A stretch of 63,781 bases of DNA, the filler included, from Octopus bimaculoides (Eukaryota), in the NCBI RefSeq assembly GCF_001194135.2. It is 3 parts of 3 records of this genome, joined end to end, with 100 filler letters (N's around TTAATTAATTAA, not from the genome) between each part and the next. Parts side by side here need not be neighbours in the genome. Positions count along the whole stretch, not along the records: positions 1 to 25,981 come from NC_068994.1; 2 more parts are not named here. One strand, given 5' to 3'. A program made the translations under genes and the position numbers. The notes beneath the pieces are model-generated. The model searched no databases, was not told where the DNA came from, and was given only the letters and a program-made list of their open reading frames with translations. This document shows positions 14,579-24,750 of the stretch, piece by piece; the stretch's first letter is position 1, and every line of letters begins with the position of its first letter.

Positions 14579-14778
14579 GTTTCCTTTTCCATAGAATAAT
14601 GTGAAAATACTTTTATATTCTTACCATCTATTTAATATTATTTCCAGTAATTTAATTCTGAGATAAGTCTTCAAGCCTGAAGCTTACAGCAAAGTTATTC
14701 TTGACAACAGTGACATAAACATTCATGGATAGTGTTATTAAATTACAGCGAAGAAATAAAAAAAAAATGTACAATACA

Positions 14779-14781
<3 letters not shown>

Positions 14782-14809
<28 letters not shown>

Positions 14810-14854
14810 CAGAAACAAAAACGCAGAACATTTTAATAATCTGTCACCTTTATT
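14782..14854 (-). terminator. Candidate polyadenylation signal (AATAAA 14854-14849) with downstream GU/U-rich element
   Basis: Minus strand reads cctAATAAAggtgacagattattaaaa followed by tgttctgcgtttttgtttctg and a long T run, the canonical metazoan cleavage/polyadenylation layout. Confidence 0.5.
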
Positions 14855-15179
14855 AGGTTGCTTTTCAGGCTAACTGGCTGTATCATTCTTATTAAATTCA
14901 ATCACAGACAGTCATATTAGCTAGCAAGACAATCACGTAAACATCTAATAGTAAAGGCAACATCCTGATATAATGTATTCAAAGACACTACTTGAAAGCA
15001 AGGTGTAAATATTAAAGACGGTATATGTAATCCTTGAATCAAGAAATCAGTTCAGAATGTGATTGTCAGAATACAGCCAGTCAAGAAATTTTAATTAATT
15101 AAGATTACACATGTAGTCATGAGACGAAAAAAAAAAAAAAAAATTTTTTTTAAATCGTTATCGAAGTGACTTATTCTGG

Positions 15180-15197
15180 TCAAGCAAGGAAACAACC
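15180..15197 (-). CDS. Candidate terminal coding micro-exon of the protocadherin (adds GCFLA-stop), followed by about 350 nt of 3'UTR
   Basis: ttcag|GGT TGT TTC CTT GCT TGA is in phase 0, matching the donor at 18614. Downstream is unique CpG-retaining sequence, then AATAAA and a GU/U-rich element. The acceptor tract is AT-rich rather than pyrimidine-rich, so this is tentative. Confidence 0.4.
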   Translation of the reverse strand, partial: GCFLA

Positions 15198-15410
15198 CTG
15201 AATTTAAATTAATTAAAATTAATTAAATATAAAATGTAGTAGAGTTATGAGTCTGATCTTTATTACTTTGGTGACAATATAATTGATTAAAATTTACAGG
15301 CTCACTGCACCAAAAATGTTAGTGCTAACTTTACTATTAATGCTTCTTGCATCAAGAATCTATGGGTATGTTTCTCCAGACATTCTGACAGAACAAACAC
15401 AAACACACAT

Positions 15411-15444
<34 letters not shown>

Positions 15445-15813
15445 GCACGCACACATGCACACACACACACACACTCATACACACACTCACGCCCACACAT
15501 ACACACTCACTCACTCACTCACACACACACTCATGCATACATGCTGTCTGTGGCAGTGACAACACCTGATTGGCTTCCCACTACTGGCATTGATTGATTC
15601 ATGAAGAACACTCAAGGGGGTTAGTTTAGATTAGCTGATGAAGGGAAGGGAGTCACTATCTATTATGAAGTGTTAGTAATCCAGAGGGAATGGGAAGTTG
15701 TGGCTTTCATGTCTTTTTTTTATGAGGTATTAATGATCCAAGCCATGTGGAATTTTTCCAAAACTGAGGTTAAAACTTGTTTATAAACTTATCATACACA
15801 TGGTATAACCACT

Positions 15814-15859
<46 letters not shown>

Positions 15860-16459
15860 GGAATATACATAGGAATGCACTTACACATGCACATACACAC
15901 ACACATGTGCACATATACTTTAGTTCCAAGGCATTCAGTATTCTTTTCTCACAGATAACCATCATTTTTTCCAGGAACCAAATTCTATCATGAAGCATCT
16001 TAAGCTTTTCTCTAAAATCTATTTTGTATTGTATTTTTTTTTATTATTTTTTTGCCTTTGGTTTTTCTTCCTTTCTTTGTTGGTTTTCTCTGAAAGGGTT
16101 ACTGCATAGAGCTACCTGGAGATTTCTTCAAATTCTTTCATCTTAAGAAGAAGAAAAAAACACGACTATTTTCAAATCTGTGACATCCTCTGACATTTCT
16201 TTTATCTGAAGGCAACTACTTCTTGAAGGTGTATGATTTCTTGGGTAACTCTGATATAATCTACTTTACTCTGATATATCAGAAACCTCTGTTATAACCT
16301 GCTTCTCTGAACCTTCTTAGAAGCATCAGTAATAGCTTTAACAATATAATAATGTAAAAGATCTGAGTAAGTTAAAAGTAGTAAGCCACCAGTCTATGTG
16401 TGTGGAGTTCAAGTTTGGTGTGGAAATTCCATTGCTTCTTAGGATGACACATTTAGTTC

Positions 16460-16900
16460 TTAAACCCTTTTGTTACCATATTTCTAGCGAAATACACAGC
16501 CTTGCTTAATTTAATTTATAAAATAATGAAAGGTTTTGTAAAATAAGTTTATCATTATTAACCAGGTATATGGAACATATTGGTTTCAAATTTTGTCACA
16601 AGGCCAGTGGGCAAGTTGATTACATCGACCCCAGTGTTCAACTGGTACTTACTTTATTGACCACAAAGGATAAATGGCAAAGTCAACCTTGGTGGAATCT
16701 GAACTCAGAACGTAAAGACTGACGAAATGCCACTAAACATTTTGCCCAGCATGCTAACAATTCTGCCAGTTCACCACCTTCTGGTCTATGGAACATATTA
16801 ACACAAAATGTTGATGGAGGGTTTCAATTTAGATCACTTTAAAAGAAGTGTGTTATCATAGAACCAGGAATGATCTCAATCAGGTTAGTATCAAAGTGGC
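16460..16900 (+). mobile_element. piggyBac-like MITE family 2 interrupted by a minus-strand SINE (about 16580-16783); second copy at about 49990-50226
   Basis: Both copies begin (ccct/cctt)ttgttaccatatttct. The 49990 copy ends ggttggtatcaacagggTTAA. Confidence 0.65.
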
Positions 16901-18596
16901 TGATCACATGATCGTACAGAAATCTGTGTTAGGTCTTCCTGTAAAAAGTACCAATGAGAGAGACTGATGTTCTTTTGAAGGGATACATATCTCTCATTCG
17001 CTTAATGTTAAAGAAACCATATTAAAAAATAGCCTTATGTTTTCATGAAAAGATGAGCTGTTTTAATTAACAGTTCCATTTAAATACAGTGCAACCACAC
17101 CAAGCCTTTCAGTAAGGTAACCTTTGTGTTCTGTAATCTATAATAATCTACAACAAAGGCCACTAACTTGCTCTTTGGTGGCGATATTTTGCATCCAGAG
17201 ATAATTTGTGTTACTTCATTAATAATATATCATGTATTGCATTTATAAAAACTCCTTACTTAAGCACAAAGCCAGATATTTGATGGTGAGGGTGGTGGGA
17301 TGGAGGCAAGGGTGAATGGGTAAACAGTCAACTACATCGACCCAAGTACTTGACTGGTACTTTATTTTATTGGTCTTGGAAGCATGAAAGGTAAAAATGT
17401 CCTCAGTGAGATTTGAACACAGAACATAAAGAGCTGGAACAACTACTAGAAATAATATTGGCTTAAGCTTTAGCCATTCTGATAATGAATACATCCCTTG
17501 TGTTGCTTTTATAGTATTATAGTAATATATTCGTTGTTGCCTTACTGTCAAAATAAATTAAAATTATTTTGCTGTTTGTATCCTAAAAGTTGTAGAACCA
17601 TATGCTATAATATATATAACATATAAGTCTGAGTTTTATATTGAATCCAGCAGTCATGTAAGATATGTGATATAGACAATTATTGCTGTCTATATTGCAG
17701 ATAGTGTGTAGATGACTTGTCTATGCAATACATAATTCCAAAATTTACAGTGTATAATTATTACTCAAAGAGTAATCTATGGTTAATTTTAGGTGTGTAC
17801 AACTTTACATTAGTAGTGTAGACAACACAGCAATATGAAGTATAAAACATAATCTATAGTATATATTTTAAATGATAATACGACCATTTAAAACAGTTAA
17901 ATAGGAACTAATATACATAATGTTGTGAACTAAAAAATGTTTTAATCTTTTAGAATTACATCATTTATGGAAGAGAAATAATAATTAATTTTAATTACTA
18001 ATTCTTACTAAGAAAAATAAGGGAAATGACTTCAAAAATTGAAGCTAGTAAAAAACTGAAGGGTGGCTAGGCCTGCAGTAGAAAAGAGGTCTGATATTTC
18101 ATAAGCATAGGGACAACTCAAGGGAGATGTTTTGGTATTATTAGATCTTCTCAGTGAGATATACTTTTACCAATACTTACCGCATCTCCTTTAATTCTTG
18201 TTAAGTTGTCATGCATATCAATGTTCAGTTTTTAAATAATTGGATTTTGTAGTTATTTCCCATGTATTTTCTTTTTACCAGAATTAGTCATTACATTTTT
18301 TTTTTTTCTTTTAATACAAATGTTATGTTATTTCGTTAACTATTTTAGGGGCTCACTCAATAAAAAATATGTTAACATCCTCTTAATTATATGATCCTTT
18401 TATGCAGAACATGTCCCTGAGCAATTTTCCCCATTCATTCATTTAAAATATATCTTTATAATTGATACTCTACTAGCTACAATACTTTTCATGAAATTTA
18501 TAAGAATCAAAACAAAAAGGACTACGAGAGTAAGTTTACATTAAGATACCATACTAAAAGACGTCTGCAAAAACAAACATTATGGAAGAGAACTTG

Positions 18597-21047
18597 TCAT
18601 GAGCAGAAACTTACCTGTGTGGATGGTAAAAGTCCTCTGGCTATACAAGATGATCTCCATTCATTCTGTAATTCACTTCCTGGGTAAAGCTGATTACCCA
18701 CTTCTGTAGCTTGAATATTTCTACTCCTCTCCCCTTCTGGAGTTCTTGTTATTGTACCAGGATTACTGCTTATTGTACCTGGAGTACTGGCTCTTGAAAT
18801 TAATAGTCTTTTTTCTTTTTTTATGTGAAGTTTAGGATTGATGTTTTGGTTATGTGAATTTATATTGTTGCATTTAACAATGCACATAGTCACAAAAACA
18901 GCAACAGCTACTGCCAGTAAAACTGCAATTACTGCAATTACAATAACCCAGTTTATATCTATCATATCTTCAGACTGTAACTGTACTGTAGTCTGTATTT
19001 TTGCTGTTTTATTACTTACAGTCAGTGTTAAAGACAGAGTGGTTGTTGCTGACAGCACTGGGCTGCCACTGTCTTTGACAACTAACAGAAGGTTGTATGA
19101 CCCGGCATCATTTTGGTAAACTGTGCGAGAGAAAGATAACACTCCAGCATAAGGGTTGACTGTAAATAAATGTTTATTATTACCTCCGACTATTTCATAT
19201 TTTAAAAACGAATTTACATGACTGTCTCTGTCAGATGCTCTGATAACTGTAATGTCATTTTTACTCTGTGGGTGGTAGTGGACATCCAGATTGAATGGAT
19301 TAACACTGGGGAATGTGAAATATGGAGCATTATCATTTTCATCCATTACTTCAACAATAACATTTGCTGTGTTGTTTAGTGAAGGGGAACCATTGTCTTT
19401 GACAAAAACCTTAAATTCATAAATATCTTGCTGTTCACGGTCTAATGACTGAATTGTGGAAATGAATCCGTTATTTGTGATTTCAAATGGGAAGATCTTT
19501 TTCCGATTCCCTGTCAAATAATAAGTCAGTCGACCGCCATCTCCCAAGTCAGGGTCAGTAGCATTAATGAAACCTACTGGAAAGCTTGGTTTTTCATTTT
19601 CATAGGTGAGAAATTTAAAAGTATCTTTCGTGAACTGAGGCTGCACATCATTGACATCCATCACTTGGATGGAAAACTTTCTTACAGTTTTCAGTGAAGG
19701 AGATCCTTTATCTTGACATATGAGTTGAATATCATAAAATTCCTTGACTTCCCTATCCACTTGTTTTTTCATTATTATTTTATACTCATTTGATCCTAAG
19801 TTTAACAATTGGAATTTCTCATGTGTTATTTCACAGTCGACTTCACCGTTCAGTCCAATATCATTGTCAATAACATTGACATATGCAATGAAACTTCCCA
19901 CTCTTATTCCTTCTGATATTGCAGCAACATTTTCCTTTAAACGAGAGACAAAATTTATTTCAATAGTGGGAGCATTATTCTGTTGGCTGACAATATTCAC
20001 CAAAACTAAAGCAATTGAGCTTAATGGGGGATTTCCTCCATCTGTTGCATCTATATATAATTTCAAACTTGATATACGATTTGAAGAAACTTTTCCTCTC
20101 AAGAAAACTTCACCACTGTTTTCATCTAACCTGAACTGCTTTTTGGTACCTTCTGATGTTTTAGAACTGAAATGATAAGAAACCTGACTGTTCTTACCAT
20201 AATCTAAATCTTTTGCAGATAAAATAATAATTGGTACTGATGTTCTGTGTGTGTTTTTAATTGACACGTTATATACCTTATCAGAGAACACTGGGGGGTT
20301 GTCATTTACATCTATCACTGATATTTGAACCTTCAAAACACCTTGTCTTGGTGAAACACCACCATCTTTAGCTATAACTTGTAACATGTAAGTATCCTTT
20401 ATTTCTCGATCAAGACTCTCTTCTAATACAATTCCTAATTCTGATGTTCCAAAACCTCTTTTAGTCACTGAAAGTGTGAATGGTTCATTGAGGTTCTTTT
20501 CCAAGACATACGTAACTTGGGAATTACGAAAGCTAACATCTCGATCAATCGCATTTGGCAAAGACCTCTTCACACCTTTGCTGTGTTCTTCTGAAAATTC
20601 TATGCTGATGCTTTCTTTTGGAAACACTGGATAGTTATCATTAACATCTTCAATATATACTTTTATCTTCAATATCTGCATGAAGGAATCAGCTCGATGG
20701 ACAGCAACTTTGATTATTCTGAAGCATTCTGTGTTGTAGGTACACAGGACCTCGGCATCAATTTTTTCAGTGGTGTATAATTTTCCAGTCTTTGAGACAT
20801 TAAACAATTGAGCCGTTTCTGTTTGTCTCTGTTGTAGGTGATTGAATGTAATTTGACCATGGTCTTGTAGTGCAACACTATCCATAAGCAAGGAATCTGC
20901 TGCAATATTTCCAATGTAAGTACCAGAGTTCTTTTCTTCTTCAACATGGTAAGTCAAATCAACAGAGAAACATCTTTGTAAGAGCAACATAATTATACAA
21001 GTTTCAGCTAACATATCTCTGCTGCTAACTTGCACCACTGACATCAT
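18597..21047 (-). CDS. Pcdh: Protocadherin main coding exon: signal peptide, 6 cadherin (EC) repeats, TM helix (about aa 700-724) and start of cytoplasmic tail. The spliced form probably ends at 18615; the unspliced frame stops at 18597 (VSFCS*)
   Basis: 816-aa uninterrupted ORF with repeated cadherin motifs (DVNDNYP, DVNDNPP, DVNDVQP, DENDNAP; LDRE/VDRE; AxDxD; DGG/DKG/DNG/DSG-xP). EC1 has a C-X5-C loop (CTYNTEC) and there is a hydrophobic TM (WVIVIAVIAVLLAVAVAVFVTMCIV). CAG|GTAAGT donor after Q811 (intron starts 18614, phase 0). Met12 (21014) is an alternative start. The symbol is family-level only; the orthologue cannot be assigned. Confidence 0.96.
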   Translation of the reverse strand: MMSVVQVSSRDMLAETCIIMLLLQRCFSVDLTYHVEEEKNSGTYIGNIAADSLLMDSVALQDHGQITFNHLQQRQTETAQLFNVSKTGKLYTTEKIDAEVLCTYNTECFRIIKVAVHRADSFMQILKIKVYIEDVNDNYPVFPKESISIEFSEEHSKGVKRSLPNAIDRDVSFRNSQVTYVLEKNLNEPFTLSVTKRGFGTSELGIVLEESLDREIKDTYMLQVIAKDGGVSPRQGVLKVQISVIDVNDNPPVFSDKVYNVSIKNTHRTSVPIIILSAKDLDYGKNSQVSYHFSSKTSEGTKKQFRLDENSGEVFLRGKVSSNRISSLKLYIDATDGGNPPLSSIALVLVNIVSQQNNAPTIEINFVSRLKENVAAISEGIRVGSFIAYVNVIDNDIGLNGEVDCEITHEKFQLLNLGSNEYKIIMKKQVDREVKEFYDIQLICQDKGSPSLKTVRKFSIQVMDVNDVQPQFTKDTFKFLTYENEKPSFPVGFINATDPDLGDGGRLTYYLTGNRKKIFPFEITNNGFISTIQSLDREQQDIYEFKVFVKDNGSPSLNNTANVIVEVMDENDNAPYFTFPSVNPFNLDVHYHPQSKNDITVIRASDRDSHVNSFLKYEIVGGNNKHLFTVNPYAGVLSFSRTVYQNDAGSYNLLLVVKDSGSPVLSATTTLSLTLTVSNKTAKIQTTVQLQSEDMIDINWVIVIAVIAVLLAVAVAVFVTMCIVKCNNINSHNQNINPKLHIKKEKRLLISRASTPGTISSNPGTITRTPEGERSRNIQATEVGNQLYPGSELQNEWRSSCIARGLLPSTQVSFCS

Positions 21048-21075
21048 TTTAACTGCTCAGCAAAAGCTCTTTGGC

Positions 21076-21096
21076 CTGAAAAAAAAAAACAAGAAT
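21076..21096 (-). promoter_or_regulatory. 3' splice acceptor preceding the protocadherin coding exon (exon starts 21075; 28 nt of 5'UTR before the ATG)
   Basis: Minus strand reads attcttg-T(11)-cag|gccaaagagc, a long polypyrimidine tract plus CAG, implying an upstream non-coding exon. Confidence 0.8.
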
Positions 21097-21254
21097 AAAT
21101 ATTTGCTATCATATTAAACTAGTGAATAAATTTCTTTTTAAATATTTTAAAGCAATGCAAGTAACTTATAATTAATAACACTGAATATAATGATAAACCA
21201 CCAAATAAATTTGATTTCAAATATTTCTTAACATAATATAAATGTCTCATGATA

Positions 21255-21784
21255 TGAGGGTGAGTCAAAAACTAATGCCATTTTGCTTAGGACAGGTATA
21301 ATTACCAACACAGGAACATGTATCATACATCAAAATGAAACTGGTCCTCTGTGGTCAACATAGTCATCGTTTCTCTCAATAGCAATATTTCACCTTCAAA
21401 TGAGAGCATGTATCCCTATCCCATAAAAGTCTGTTGATTGCTCTTTGAGCCACTTCTTCACTACAGTTTTCACTTCCTCGTCACTGGACTATCATCTCTT
21501 CGGCCCAATGGAAGAGGGTTTGAGAGGCAAACATTATTCCAGTGACAAGGAAGAGAAAACTGTAGTGAAGTGGTTCAAAGAACAGTCAACAGAATTTTAC
21601 AGGGCAGGGATATATGCTCTTATTCGAAGGTGAAACATTGCTTTTGAGAGAAACGGTGACTATGTTGAGAAGTAGGGATGTGATCCACAGAGGACCAGCT
21701 TCATTTTGATGTATGATACATGTTCTTGTGTTGGTAATTATACCTGTCCTAAACAAAATGGTATTACTTTTTCACTCACCCTCG
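21255..21784. mobile_element. Palindromic (foldback) non-autonomous mariner-derived element
   Basis: TA-flanked (21253-54, 21785-86) termini (t/c)gagggtgagt. The arms 21255-21487 and 21539-21784 are inverted copies. The right half encodes a mariner transposase C-terminus (DYHLFGPMEEGLRGKHYSSDKEEKTVVKWFKEQSTEFYRAGIYALIRR...NGDYVEK). Confidence 0.9.
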
Positions 21785-22606
21785 TATTTGCATAAGTATT
21801 CAAGTGGAACAACTTGGTGGAAAGGGCTACTCTTGTAGCTGTCAATATTTCATGTATGGAGATAGATCAAGAAATTTGGTTGAATATTGGACAAAACACC
21901 ATGAAGTATTTAATAACATCTTTTTGCATTGTAATTTTGAATCCTACTCCCAATGTTAACTTTTTCATCCTTCTGAGATCAATAAAATACGTATCAGTCC
22001 TATACTGGGGTCAATATAATTGACGTGCAATATAATTGACTGCATATATGTAACCTTATACCAGTATTATAAATCAGCATTTTATGTATGATAATGTTGA
22101 ATTTTTCACTTCTTTCTGAAGACGTTAACTTGCAACTATTCCAGAAGAACATTAATCACAAGGCTGTGTACATAGGCTAAAACCAACAAGAAAACTTCTT
22201 TAAATGAATATAAAATAAGGATATTTTTGATAAACATAAAATAAAGATATTTTTAAATAAATGTAAAATTCAGAAAGGTATTTTAAAATAAATATAAAAT
22301 GTAGAAATGTGTTCACTTGAATTTGCTGGAAAACTACTATTTGTAGCAAATTCAAGAGTTCACCATGTGTATTCTTTTGCATCCTTTCCCAGTATTAAAT
22401 GAAACTTTCTTACAATTTCCACATATGAACTAAACAAACAATAAACGACCAACATTGTAAGGGATAATGAATTTCCTACAATTCATTCTGTATATTTCCT
22501 CTTCAATGACTCGTCACACAAAAACAACAAACTAATATTTCTTTTGCAATTCTGTAAAGTTCTCCCAAATACCCAGTCAGCAGATATTCTAACCGAGACA
22601 TCTTAC

Positions 22607-22700
22607 CTATCAAGTTTATTTAACATACCAAACTGAACAAAACAATCAGCTTCTAAACAACTTCCAGCTAGCGTTGATCAATCTCATCTTCTCTCAGATG
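22607..22700 (-). other. Candidate non-coding first (5'UTR) exon of the protocadherin gene; 5' limit uncertain
   Basis: Strong donor TAG|GTAAGA (intron starts 22606) in non-repetitive sequence that retains several CpGs, about 1.5 kb upstream of the acceptor. Inferred from signals only. Confidence 0.35.
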
Positions 22701-23139
22701 AGATTTAATATCTTTGTAGAATATATTAATGTTTTCAGCTAAATATATTTATGGTTCTTTATCAAATTTAAATCCTTGCTTAAAATATGTTTCCTTTTGA
22801 GTGGTTCTCTTATGTGGCTTCTTAAACTGATGAGACTTCAATGTTTTGAGATATTACAAAAGACATCTAGATACAAGTTAAATCAGAGGTAATATGAAGA
22901 TAAAAATTCAAGCTAACCAAAGTACAAGACTCTTCTACAAAATAGTGACAAATTTTCTTTCTGTGGTAAAACTGTTCAGTACATTGTTGAAGTCCTTTAT
23001 GCTCATCATCATTGGCAAGTAATAAACCAATGATTGGCTTGCTGGTAATTTCTGACCAATGATTTTTGCTTACCAATTAAGTAATAATATATTAAATTAT
23101 TTCATTAATCTAAATAATTAACACCTTCATATTGTTGGT

Positions 23140-23490
23140 GCAGGCATGGCTGTGTGATTAAAAACTTGCTTCCAGGTTCAATCCCACTACATGGCACCTA
23201 GGAAAAGTGTCTTCTACAATATACAATAGCCTCAGGCTGACCAAAACCTTGTGAGTGGATTTGGTATGCAGAAACTGAAAGAAGCTTGTTGTATACACAC
23301 ACACACACACACACATATATACAGATGCAGGTATGGCTGTGTGGTAAGCTTGTTTCCCAACCACATGGTTCTGGTTTCAATCTCACTATGTGGCACCTTG
23401 GGCAAGTGTCTACTACGATAGCCTTGGGCCAACCAAAGCCTTGCTTGTGAGTGGATTTGGTAGATGGAAACTGAAAGAAGCCTGTTGTAT
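23140..23490 (+). mobile_element. Two tandem copies of tRNA-derived SINE family B (ggctgtgtggtaagaagcttgcttcccaacc...gaaactgaaagaagcc). Others at about 4503-4660, 11858-12050, 36025-36150, 37735-37855(-), 40905-41050(-), 41472-41630(-), 44325-44478(-), 54125-54270
   Basis: Repeated head with B box (ggttcaatccca) and a tail leading into (TA)n/(TG)n. Confidence 0.85.
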
Positions 23491-24453
23491 ATATCTATAT
23501 ATATAGATATCTGTGTGTGCTTGTATCANNNNNNNNNNAGCCTGTTGTATATATCTATATATATAGATATCTGTGTGTGCTTGTATCATTGTGTCTGTGT
23601 TTGTCTCCCACCACCACTTGACAACTAGTGTTGGTGTGTTGACATCTCCGTAACTTAGTGGTTCAGCAAAGGAGACTGATAGAATAAGTACCAGGCTTTA
23701 AAAAAAAAAAATACTGGAATCTTTTCTTGGAGGCTGTGTGCCAGCATGACTGCAGTCTGATGATTGGAACAATTAAAAGATAAAAGGTAAGAAGAAAATT
23801 TTGGAGATATGAAGGAGAAGGCAAAATGAAAATTGTGACATTCATGTATTGTTCAAGAATGTTATTGATATAAATAAAATGCTTTCAATTTGGAAGTAAA
23901 ACATCGTTAAGGACTCAATGAACTGTGAACTTAGCAATGCACTAAAGTGCGTACTTCAAGGAAATATACATATAATATAGCAATAATTTATAACTAGTCA
24001 GATACAGCGAGTAGATGTCAATACAAGTATTTCGCAATGAAAATAGCATCTCATAGAAATGATTGTATTAATTCTTAACCAGTCTATCTTTAAAATGATT
24101 TGTGGAACTGGCTTTAATGACATGATGTTCTGAATAAGAAATTCTGTTTTCTTTTGAGATCTTTATAACAATAACTCACTCAGTTTTATTAGCATTGCAG
24201 TATTCTCCCTTTTCTATATTGCTATTTCAGGCTTTAAATGCTGGCTTCTTGTTTAAACATTATGCATATTTGAGCTACCGTAACTATTGTCTTTTGCTGT
24301 CTTAGGCTTACGTCTTCAGTGTTAGAGTTACATTATGTACACAACAATAGCTATTAAGATTATGGAAAAATTTAAACATATAACATAAAGTAAACTCTAA
24401 ACTATTGGATGAATCAATTCATAAGAGTGAATTGGATTTATTGTTATGATAAA

Positions 24454-24502
<49 letters not shown>

Positions 24503-24703
24503 GCAACAACAATAATAACAATAGTAATAATGATAATAATAAAAGTAATAATAATAATAATGGCAGTGATGATGAAGACACTTTCTTTTATTGGCCCACA
24601 AGGGCCTAAGACATTGGAGATGGTACAATGGTGAAATACAAAAGAAAACAATAAACTGTAAACAGTAGGATATTTAGGTATTTATATCGTGTACAAGGAA
24701 ATG

Positions 24704-24750
<47 letters not shown>

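Noticed and set aside
16115-16341. Alternative downstream exon for the protocadherin (ctcag acceptor near 16342)
   Set aside because: The phase-0 reading gives an implausible hydrophobic 27-aa peptide, the donor is weak and there is no poly(A) support.
18838-20175. Plus-strand ORFs antisense to the protocadherin (18838-19119, 19744-20175) and the alternate minus frame 20714-20947
   Set aside because: Shadow ORFs of a real coding exon, with no independent features.
23480-23590. Direct repeats flanking short N runs (also 39590-39700)
   Set aside because: Exact duplications across a 10-N gap indicate unmerged overlapping contig ends.
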